Source of the DNA: an uncultured Muribaculaceae bacterium
GTDB taxonomy: Bacteria > Bacteroidota > Bacteroidia > Bacteroidales > Muribaculaceae
Length of the DNA: 64,000 nt
Assembly (NCBI GenBank): GCA_947525975.1
Contig: CANNVE010000004.1
Location: 71,278 to 135,277 of the forward strand
Reading direction: 5' to 3'
The first letter of the stretch is position 1. Each line of letters starts with the position of its first letter. The notes beneath the pieces are model-generated. The model ran no database searches. It saw only the letters and a program-made list of their open reading frames with translations, and was not told where the DNA came from. The position numbers were made by a program, and so were the translations under genes. This document shows, one piece after another, positions 56,783 to 64,000 of this stretch.

Positions 56783-56803
56783 ATATTGTCAGATTATCGG
56801 TGT

Positions 56804-58453
56804 TTACTTGCCGTCGGCTGTAGCGGCGGGGTCGAGGGCGAAGCGGGCGTAGTTGTAGCCCTCCGCATCGTATGTCTTCACTATCTGGCGGAGGCGGCGC
56901 ATGAAGTCGTCGATATCCTTCTTTTCGGGCCGGGTCCACTGCACTTCGCTCATGGCGGCAAGGCGCGGCAGCAGCTTGTATTCGGCATAGCTCAGGGTGG
57001 GTATGTATTCGCACCAGAGATTGCACTGCGCGCCGAGTATGTGGCGCGCCTCCTCGGCGGTGAGCGTGGAGTCCACGGGCTCGAGGCTGTACACCTTCTC
57101 CACGGGCAGATATGTGCGATAGCTGAGCAACTGCTCATCGGTGATGCTGTCGGGAGCCTGCAGATAGTCGAAATAGCAATATGCCGTGGGCGTGAGGATG
57201 GCGTCATGCCCGGCGCGGGCTGCGGTGACGGCATGCTTCGGTCCGCGCCACGACATGATCACGGTGCCGGGCGTCATGCCTCCCTCCATGATTTCGTCCC
57301 AGCCTATGGCCCGCCGCCCTTTCGACGCGAGATGCTCCGCTGCGTGGGTCATGAAATGCGTCTGCAGTTTTTGCTCAGCCGTGCTGTGCGAATCGGACTT
57401 GAGACCGAGACTGCGTATTTTGGCCTGGCAGGCCTCGCATTCCTTCCATTTCTTTTTCGGGCATTCGTCGCCGCCGATGTGGAAGTATTCCGACGGGAAT
57501 ATCTCGCATAGCTCATCGATCACATCATCGACAAACGCATAGACCGAGTCATTGCCGGCGCAAAGCACCTGGTCAGAAACGCCCCAGCGCATCCACACCT
57601 CATACGGGCCGCCCTCGCATCCCATCGACGGATAAGCGTTGAGCGCGCCCTGCATATGGCCAGGCATGTCTACCTCGGGCACTACAGTGATGTGGCGCTC
57701 GGCAGCGTAGCGCACTATCTCGCGGGCGTCATCCTGCGTGTAGTATCCGCCGTATGGAATGCTGTCGTTGGATGAAAAATCCGTCCCTATCACGGTGCCT
57801 TTGCGCCATGAGCCCTTCTCGGTGAGCAAAGGATACTTCTTTATCTCTATGCGCCAACCCTGGTCATCGGTCAGGTGCCAGTGAAAATGGTTGACATTGT
57901 GCAAGGCCAGGATGTCGATGTATTCCTTCACGCTGTCTACCGGGAAGAAGTGGCGGGAGCAATCGAAATGCACGCCCCTGTAGGGGAAGCGCGGCGCATC
58001 GGCGATGCTGACCGCCGGAAACAGCACATCGGCCTCCATAGCGGCTGGTATCGACTTGCGCAGAGTCTGCATGCCATAAAAGGCCCCGGCAGCCGACGCT
58101 CCGTCTATGACGATGCCGTCAGCCGACGCCACAAGCCGGTATGCCTCGGGCGATTCCGAGCGAAGAGTGTCGGTGATTGTGATGGCGCCTTTGGCGGGAG
58201 CCTCCACCACCTCAAGCCTCATGCCGGTGAGCGGCTCGAGATAGCTGGCGAGAAGCTCAGCGTTGCGCCGCATCGACGTGTCAGCGCCAAAATAGGCTAT
58301 TTTAGCTGAAGGCTTCAGCACGAAGCCCTCGCCACCGAGATCGACGCTGACGCTCTGCGGAAGCGGAATCACATCATAGACAGCTGTCTGCTGCGGGCGC
58401 GACGTGCAGGAGGCAAGAGCCGCGCCTGCCAAAATCAACACGAATTTGTTCAT
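56804..58453 (-). CDS. GH20 beta-N-acetylhexosaminidase, lipoprotein
   Basis: Lipobox LASC (start MNKFV at 58453); PRFPYRG, HWHLTDDQGWR, EVDMPGH, HIGGDE, GWDE, PRLAA. Confidence 0.93.
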   Translation of the reverse strand: MNKFVLILAGAALASCTSRPQQTAVYDVIPLPQSVSVDLGGEGFVLKPSAKIAYFGADTSMRRNAELLASYLEPLTGMRLEVVEAPAKGAITITDTLRSESPEAYRLVASADGIVIDGASAAGAFYGMQTLRKSIPAAMEADVLFPAVSIADAPRFPYRGVHFDCSRHFFPVDSVKEYIDILALHNVNHFHWHLTDDQGWRIEIKKYPLLTEKGSWRKGTVIGTDFSSNDSIPYGGYYTQDDAREIVRYAAERHITVVPEVDMPGHMQGALNAYPSMGCEGGPYEVWMRWGVSDQVLCAGNDSVYAFVDDVIDELCEIFPSEYFHIGGDECPKKKWKECEACQAKIRSLGLKSDSHSTAEQKLQTHFMTHAAEHLASKGRRAIGWDEIMEGGMTPGTVIMSWRGPKHAVTAARAGHDAILTPTAYCYFDYLQAPDSITDEQLLSYRTYLPVEKVYSLEPVDSTLTAEEARHILGAQCNLWCEYIPTLSYAEYKLLPRLAAMSEVQWTRPEKKDIDDFMRRLRQIVKTYDAEGYNYARFALDPAATADGK

Positions 58454-58634
58454 GGAAAGCACTGGATTTTTCGGTAAAAACAAAACTTCCGTAAAGTTAG
58501 CGATTTTTATCGATAACCACAAAAATAAATCATGCCGGCGTAGCACCCAAACAGCGCCGCACCGGCATGATCAGCTCAAAAAGCCTCAATAGGCCTCAAT
58601 TATTTTGTCCTCGCGGGCGCGGTCCGCCACGCTC

Positions 58635-59900
58635 TCACTTATACGTGGCCCAGCGGGCGAGATCTTTGAGCGAGGGCTTCTTGCCATACATGAATATGCC
58701 CACGCGGTAGATCTTGGCCGAAAGCCACACCATGAATATGAAGGCCACGACAAGGAGCGCTATCGAGAGCCAGATCTCCCAACCGGGGATGCCATAGGGC
58801 AAGCGCGCCATCATCACCATAGGCGATGTCAGCGGGATGATGCCGAGCCAGAACGCGAGGTTCGACGTCGGATCCTGCGCCACCACCATCGAGAACACAA
58901 TGCCCAGGATGATAGGGACAGTGGCGATGCTCGACAGCTGCGATGCGTCCTGCACATTGTCCACAGCCGATCCGATAGCGGCGTAGACCGATGAATAGAG
59001 CATGTATCCGCCTATCATGAACAGCAGGATGTAGCCGAAATACACCAGTATGCGTCCGGTGTCGCCGAATTGCGCGATCATGGCCAGCAGGTCGGCGTCG
59101 CCGTCAGTGCCCACCGACGATGCCAAGGCAGGCATGCCCCAGAAGCTCGCGGCCCCGATGAGAATGCCCCAGATCACTATCTGCGTCACAGCCACCAGGC
59201 CTATGCCCACGATCTTGCCAAGCATGAGCGTGCGCGGCTTGACCGACGACACCACCACTTCGAGCACTCGGTTGTTCTTCTCTTCGATGATCGAGGTCAT
59301 CACCATCTGCCCGTAGATGAGGATAAACATATACAGGGTCATCATCATGGCGAGGCCAAGGAAATAAGACAATGCCGACGACGTCTCTTCCTCCTTCTCA
59401 GTGTCGAGGCGGTAGGTGGTCATCCCCACATTGGGCTCGATTTCGGCGAGTATCTGGTCGAGATTGTCTATGTCGTAGCGCTGGATGCGGATTTCGCGGA
59501 TGGCGTAGCGCATCTGGTCGCGGATGTATGATTCGGTCATCATCGACGGGGCGCTGTGGGTGTACATCTGTATGTTGGTCGGATTGTCGACAGCGTCTTC
59601 GCCTATCACTATGACTGCATCGTAATTCTCAGATTTTTTCAGGCTATCGATCGCTATGTGCTTGTCTACGGCGCGGAACACGAGTTCATCGTTGTTCTGC
59701 AACATCGGCGCGATGCCCTCGGTATAGTCCACCACTGCTATGCTCTTCGATTCAGTGCCGGCCAGGATCATGGCCAACGCCGGAGCCGCCATCAGCCCGA
59801 GCATCAGTATGGGCATCAGGATAGTGGTGATTATAAACGATTTGCGGCGCACCCTCTCAAGGTATTCGCGGCGAATGATGAGGTAAAGGTTTGATTTCAT
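58635..59900 (-). CDS. ABC-2-type permease (NatB/YhaP-like)
   Basis: REYLERVRRKSF, IIEEKNNRVLEV, LGKIVG, PLTSPMVMMAR. Confidence 0.9.
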   Translation of the reverse strand: MKSNLYLIIRREYLERVRRKSFIITTILMPILMLGLMAAPALAMILAGTESKSIAVVDYTEGIAPMLQNNDELVFRAVDKHIAIDSLKKSENYDAVIVIGEDAVDNPTNIQMYTHSAPSMMTESYIRDQMRYAIREIRIQRYDIDNLDQILAEIEPNVGMTTYRLDTEKEEETSSALSYFLGLAMMMTLYMFILIYGQMVMTSIIEEKNNRVLEVVVSSVKPRTLMLGKIVGIGLVAVTQIVIWGILIGAASFWGMPALASSVGTDGDADLLAMIAQFGDTGRILVYFGYILLFMIGGYMLYSSVYAAIGSAVDNVQDASQLSSIATVPIILGIVFSMVVAQDPTSNLAFWLGIIPLTSPMVMMARLPYGIPGWEIWLSIALLVVAFIFMVWLSAKIYRVGIFMYGKKPSLKDLARWATYK

Positions 59901-60850
59901 TGCTTTATGTATTCGGGTGGGACTGTTTCGTTAGCTTCCTCAACGGCTTTGATGAAGATGTCGTTCATCGACATGAGCAACGGCTGGAAGGCGTAGACAT
60001 CGACCGCGCTGTTGGCCTGGGCTATGGCCGGACGCCGGGCTTCGGAGTCGACAAGCTGTATCTCGGCCACATGGCGGCCGAGCTTGTCGTCAGGGCGCGA
60101 CTCTATCGAGGCGCATGAGCCTTGCAGGGCCGAGGCCAAAGCCGCATGCTCGCCGGTGTAGGTGAGCAGATATTTGTCTTTGCCGTATCGACCGCGTATC
60201 TCCTCTACATTTCCGGTGAGGATGTTTTTCGATTTGTTGATGAGCGTGATGTTGTCGCATATTTCCTCTACGCTGCCCATGTTGTGGGTGGAGAATATCA
60301 CCGTGGCGCCTTCGTCGCGCAGGCGTAGTATCTCGTTTTTGAGCACCTGGGCGTTGATGGGGTCAAAGCCGGAGAAAGGCTCGTCGAAGATCAGCAACTT
60401 GGGCCTGTGGAGCACGGTGATCACAAACTGCACCTTCTGCGCCATGCCCTTTGAGAGCTCTTCCACCTTCTTGTCCCACCACGAAGATATCTCAAGGCGC
60501 TCAAACCACTCCTTGAGCTGTCTCTGCGCGTCGGCGGAACTCAGACCCTTCAGGCGGGCGAAGAATGTGGCCTGCTCCCCCACCTTCATCTTCTTGTAGA
60601 GGCCGCGCTCCTCGGGCAGGTAGCCGATGTGGCGCACGTCGTCCTGCACCAGCTTGTGCCCGTCGAAGGTGACGGTGCCGCTGTCGGGCGCGGTGATGTG
60701 GTTGATGATGCGTATCAGCGTGGTCTTTCCCGCGCCGTTTGGGCCGAGCAGACCGTAGACTTTGCCCTGAGGCACGGCTATCGACACATTGTCGAGGGCT
60801 CGGTGGCCGGTATAGTCTTTGACTATATCAGTGGCTTCAAGTAGATTCAT
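59897..60850 (-). CDS. ABC transporter ATP-binding protein
   Basis: GPNGAGKTT, LSKGMAQK, DEPFSGFDP; 4-nt overlaps with both neighbours. Confidence 0.94.
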   Translation of the reverse strand: MNLLEATDIVKDYTGHRALDNVSIAVPQGKVYGLLGPNGAGKTTLIRIINHITAPDSGTVTFDGHKLVQDDVRHIGYLPEERGLYKKMKVGEQATFFARLKGLSSADAQRQLKEWFERLEISSWWDKKVEELSKGMAQKVQFVITVLHRPKLLIFDEPFSGFDPINAQVLKNEILRLRDEGATVIFSTHNMGSVEEICDNITLINKSKNILTGNVEEIRGRYGKDKYLLTYTGEHAALASALQGSCASIESRPDDKLGRHVAEIQLVDSEARRPAIAQANSAVDVYAFQPLLMSMNDIFIKAVEEANETVPPEYIKQ

Positions 60851-61233
60851 GATTGATATGTGTTTGTGAGTGTTTGTTTCAGAGATGACCTGTAGAGGTC
60901 GACTATGTCGTCGATCGAGATGCCGAGAGCGTCCATGTCGGCGAAAAGCTCGCGCAGCTTTACGCGCTTGAATTCTTCGATGCGTCGCCGCCTTTCCCTT
61001 TCGGCCGCGCCCTCTTCGAGAAAGTAGCCCATGCCGCGCTTCGACGTTATGATGCCGCTCTTCTCGAGCTCTTCAAGCGCGCTCATCACGGTGCGGGTGT
61101 TTACCATCAGCTCTACCGAGAGCTCGCGCACCGAGGGTATGCGTTGCCCTTCGACCCATAGGCCCGAAAGGATGCGGACGCTGAACAGATCGACGATTTG
61201 CCGAAATATTGGCTTATCTGTCTTAAAATCCAC
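60847..61233 (-). CDS. GntR-family (YtrA-like) regulator
   Basis: PIFRQIVD, RIPSVRELS, VNTRTV, KRGMGYF; short 128-aa YtrA-type length; GTG start. Confidence 0.9.
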   Translation of the reverse strand: MDFKTDKPIFRQIVDLFSVRILSGLWVEGQRIPSVRELSVELMVNTRTVMSALEELEKSGIITSKRGMGYFLEEGAAERERRRRIEEFKRVKLRELFADMDALGISIDDIVDLYRSSLKQTLTNTYQS

Positions 61234-61993
61234 AGCGTTTCAGTTTTCTATATAATAATGTTAGGAATGTGGCCATAAGGGAGCCTGACACGACAAGGCC
61301 CATAATGAAAACGACCTTGACCAAGCCGCTTACGTTCATCACCATAGCCGGATCTTCGACCGAATTCTCAAACTCGCTCAAATGAGTCATGGCATATGTG
61401 AAGCCCACGATGCCGCCTATGAATGATGACGCCACCATGGCAGCCACCACAGCCCCGAATATCGTGGCGGCACGGCTTGTCTTGCTGATGGCAAGCGCCC
61501 ACAGCGAGACTGAGACCATTCCGAAAGCGGAGACAAACCCTGAAATATAGCTTATCAGCACGAAGTCACAGCCGAGATTGAGGTTGACTGCGCTTATATA
61601 GCTGGGCACATAGTCCGGAAACAGGAAGTGGAGCAAGTAGAAGGGGCCGTTGAGCATGAGATATGTGCCAATGCCGAAGTACAGCAGCAGAAACACCATC
61701 TTCTCCGAGGCCGTCACCGGCAGGATGTCGCTGATCTGCCGATAGTCGCGCCTCGTAAAGCTTATCGGAGCCAGATAATAGGCGATGCCGAGGATGAAAG
61801 AACTCACGGTGACCGGAAACATGACGTGCCCGATGCGCTGCCCGAGGGCCATGAGGCCGGCCACGGCCACCGACAATATCACATAGCCCACCACCTGCCA
61901 TTTAATCATGGGGAAATACAGACTGAAGAGCATCCCCACCCTTTTCCACTGAAATTTATCGTTGTTGTCCATATACATTCTGTTTTTAATCAT
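61223..61993 (-). CDS. Multi-TM membrane protein (probable ABC permease partner)
   Basis: About six hydrophobic segments; LPVTASEK motif; overlaps both neighbours. Confidence 0.75.
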   Translation of the reverse strand: MIKNRMYMDNNDKFQWKRVGMLFSLYFPMIKWQVVGYVILSVAVAGLMALGQRIGHVMFPVTVSSFILGIAYYLAPISFTRRDYRQISDILPVTASEKMVFLLLYFGIGTYLMLNGPFYLLHFLFPDYVPSYISAVNLNLGCDFVLISYISGFVSAFGMVSVSLWALAISKTSRAATIFGAVVAAMVASSFIGGIVGFTYAMTHLSEFENSVEDPAMVMNVSGLVKVVFIMGLVVSGSLMATFLTLLYRKLKRCGF

Positions 61994-62802
61994 AATTCAG
62001 CCCCTGACATCATGGCCTGGTAGAGCAGGATGAAATCCACCTGCGATTCGATGCCGCCATCGTTAGGCACCATGCAGCGGAATCCCTGCATCGACGGCTC
62101 TGAATACACGGCGCCCTCCACCGGATGCTCCGATGTGACGAAGGCGTATTTGCGCCCCAGCTCATAGACATCGGCCACCAAAGGCACGGCACCGTTGTTG
62201 ATGAACATCACTCCGTCAAAAAGCGCCTGCATCTCATGCACGGTGTGCGTGGCCACTATGATGATCTTGCCGTCATTGCAATTTGAAGCGAGCACCTTGT
62301 TGAGCGATTTTTTCGATTGTATGTCGAGGCCGTTGGCCGGCTCGTCGAGCAGGAGCACATCGGTGTTGAGAGCCAGGGCGTATGCTATGCAGGCCTTCTT
62401 CCTCCAGCCCAGCGACATGGCCTGGAGCCTGTCGTCGGCATCAAGCCCGAATTCGCGAAGATTGGCGTCAAGCTGCTCGCGCGAGAAGCCCGGATAATAT
62501 GGCGCATGGCACCTGACCATATCATTTATGGTGGCAAGCGGGAAGCTCGGGTCATCCGACAGATAAAACACTTTTTCCAACCCCGAGGGATCGCGGCGGC
62601 ATATATCGATGCCGTCTATGGTAACCTCGCCTGCGCTTGGTGTCAGGATGCCGCACATCAGTTTGAGCAGCGTGGTCTTGCCGGCTCCGTTGGGGCCAAG
62701 CAGCAGATGTATGCCCGGGCCTATCTCGGCTGTGGCTCCGCGCATTGAGTCATGCCCTTTGCGGTAGGCATACCAGACATTGTCGATTTTGATTTCTGCC
62801 AT
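61990..62802 (-). CDS. ABC transporter ATP-binding protein
   Basis: GPNGAGKTT, MSLGWRKK, DEPANGLD, ATH. Confidence 0.93.
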   Translation of the reverse strand: MAEIKIDNVWYAYRKGHDSMRGATAEIGPGIHLLLGPNGAGKTTLLKLMCGILTPSAGEVTIDGIDICRRDPSGLEKVFYLSDDPSFPLATINDMVRCHAPYYPGFSREQLDANLREFGLDADDRLQAMSLGWRKKACIAYALALNTDVLLLDEPANGLDIQSKKSLNKVLASNCNDGKIIIVATHTVHEMQALFDGVMFINNGAVPLVADVYELGRKYAFVTSEHPVEGAVYSEPSMQGFRCMVPNDGGIESQVDFILLYQAMMSGAEL

Positions 62803-62828
62803 ACGATTTGACGTTTTAGATTAGGTGT

Positions 62829-62856
62829 TGCAGTGTTGTACAACACTGCAAAGTTA
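62829..62856 (-). promoter_or_regulatory. Perfect 22-bp palindromic operator abutting the -7 box of the ABC/GntR operon
   Basis: TGCAGTGTTGTACAACACTGCA (62829-62850) overlaps TAACTTTG (62856-62849, minus strand). Confidence 0.75.
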
Positions 62857-62994
62857 TGCATAATTTCGCAATCATCCAAATATTATTCGCCTTTTTTTTC
62901 GAATTCACCCCTCATTTCGCATTATTGCCGAGCGCCGATAAAACTTTATTAGCATCCGGCTTGTTTTATAATCAACAACAACAATTATTTATTT

Positions 62995-63198
62995 ATGTCT
63001 GAATTATCAGTATTGTTTTCATCGGCCGGATGCGTGAGCTGCGCCCTCTACATAGGGTTGCGCCGCTTTTTGGGCATAAAGCCCCACAAAGCCGCTGTGT
63101 CAGCCGACCGATACGACGAGGCCTTCGCCGCCGGGCGCTGGATATTGCTCGGCCTGATAGCCATAAGCGCGGCGCTCCTTGTGGCGGAGTTCTGCTGA
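62995..63198 (+). CDS. Small two-TM hypothetical protein
   Basis: 67 aa with two hydrophobic segments and an AT-rich leader; 27 nt ahead of the next gene. Confidence 0.5.
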   Translation: MSELSVLFSSAGCVSCALYIGLRRFLGIKPHKAAVSADRYDEAFAAGRWILLGLIAISAALLVAEFC

Positions 63199-63225
63199 TT
63201 ATAGCAACCAATTTAAACAATCATT

Positions 63226-64000
63226 ATGAACAGACGCTTGGTCAATTACTGGACATCCGACCGCATAATGCACCTCATCATCGGATTGGCCCTGACAGCA
63301 ATGCTCATATTGCTGATACGGTATCTGAGCAAGGTGCTTCTGCCGTTTTTCACGGCATGCTTCGTGGCATATCTGCTGCAGCCGGTAGTCGACCTCAACC
63401 GCAGACTGCTGAGATGCAAGGGACGCACTCTTCCCTCGATTCTTACGCTCGTAGACATCACGGTAGTGGTGGGGCTCGTGGTCTATCTGTTTTTGCCTTC
63501 GGTGATCAGGGAAATCGGAGATCTCGGAAAAATTTTGCATGACGTCAGCTCAGGCAAAGCCTCGATGCCTCCCCTATATAAATTTATTGTAGACTTCATC
63601 AACCGATATCTCAACGCCGAAAATCTCACCGCGCTCCTATCGGGGGAGCACATGATGGAGATCATCAACGGCGGATCATCGCTGATCGAAGAGTCGCTCG
63701 ACATACTGCTCACCGCGCTCTCATGGCTGCTGACTCTCGTGTATCTGCTCTTCATCCTCATCGACTATCCGCAGATCAGCCGAGGATTCAAGCTGATAGT
63801 GCCGCTAAAGTACAGGCCCCGCTTCCTTAGAGTATTCGCCGACGTATCCCAGAGCATGAACCACTATTTCCGTGGGCAGGGCATGGTGGCCCTCTGCGCC
63901 ATGGTATTCTACTGCATCGGATTCTCGATAGTGGGCCTGCCGCTGGCCATCCCCATGGGCATCCTCGTAGGCATCCTCTATATGATACCGTATTTCCAAT
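63226..64000 (+). CDS. AI-2E-family transporter (partial, runs off the window; absent from the ORF track)
   Basis: Translated by hand: MNRRLVNYW...LLPFFTACFVAYLLQP...YFRGQ...VGLPLAIPMGILVGILYMIPYFQ. Confidence 0.88.
   Translation, partial: MNRRLVNYWTSDRIMHLIIGLALTAMLILLIRYLSKVLLPFFTACFVAYLLQPVVDLNRRLLRCKGRTLPSILTLVDITVVVGLVVYLFLPSVIREIGDLGKILHDVSSGKASMPPLYKFIVDFINRYLNAENLTALLSGEHMMEIINGGSSLIEESLDILLTALSWLLTLVYLLFILIDYPQISRGFKLIVPLKYRPRFLRVFADVSQSMNHYFRGQGMVALCAMVFYCIGFSIVGLPLAIPMGILVGILYMIPYFQ

Overview
This is a 64-kb chromosomal window from a moderately GC-rich Bacteroidales genome. The assignment rests on repeated TAnnTTTG (-7) promoter boxes, a T9SS-type C-terminal domain and gene content; Muribaculaceae-like is an inference. 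Most of the window is housekeeping and metabolism: serB, rpsO, trpS, ferredoxin, miaA, cdd, DPP IV, an M16 peptidase, the mce-mmdA-D-C-B Na+-pumping decarboxylase operon, umuDC, a GH20 and a GntR/ABC operon. No rRNA, tRNA, CRISPR array, integrase or transposase was seen. Four regions stand out. (1) A peptidoglycan/MurNAc foraging cluster (ampG-namZ-dld, then murK-murQ-SGNH esterase). It embeds a Fe-S/FAD D-lactate dehydrogenase that could oxidise the D-lactate released by MurQ, and its AmpG carries a ~200-aa soluble insertion. (2) An AT-rich three-gene cassette (MORN/2TM protein with a degenerate kinase N-lobe, a membrane protein, and a Ser/Thr kinase). It lies behind a ~400-nt structured leader with a terminator-like long hairpin and a competing inverted 31-nt motif pair. 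(3) A translationally coupled DUF262+HNH / DUF262 gene pair resembling a split GmrSD (TgvAB-like) modification-dependent restriction system. (4) An AT-rich BspA-type LRR surface-protein gene inserted ahead of serB. Smaller observations are MinD-like amphipathic motifs, a nonsense codon in an SDR-like gene, a CxxY thioredoxin, a perfect 22-bp operator palindrome and an unannotated small ORF. All calls come from reading motifs by eye; no database searches were run.
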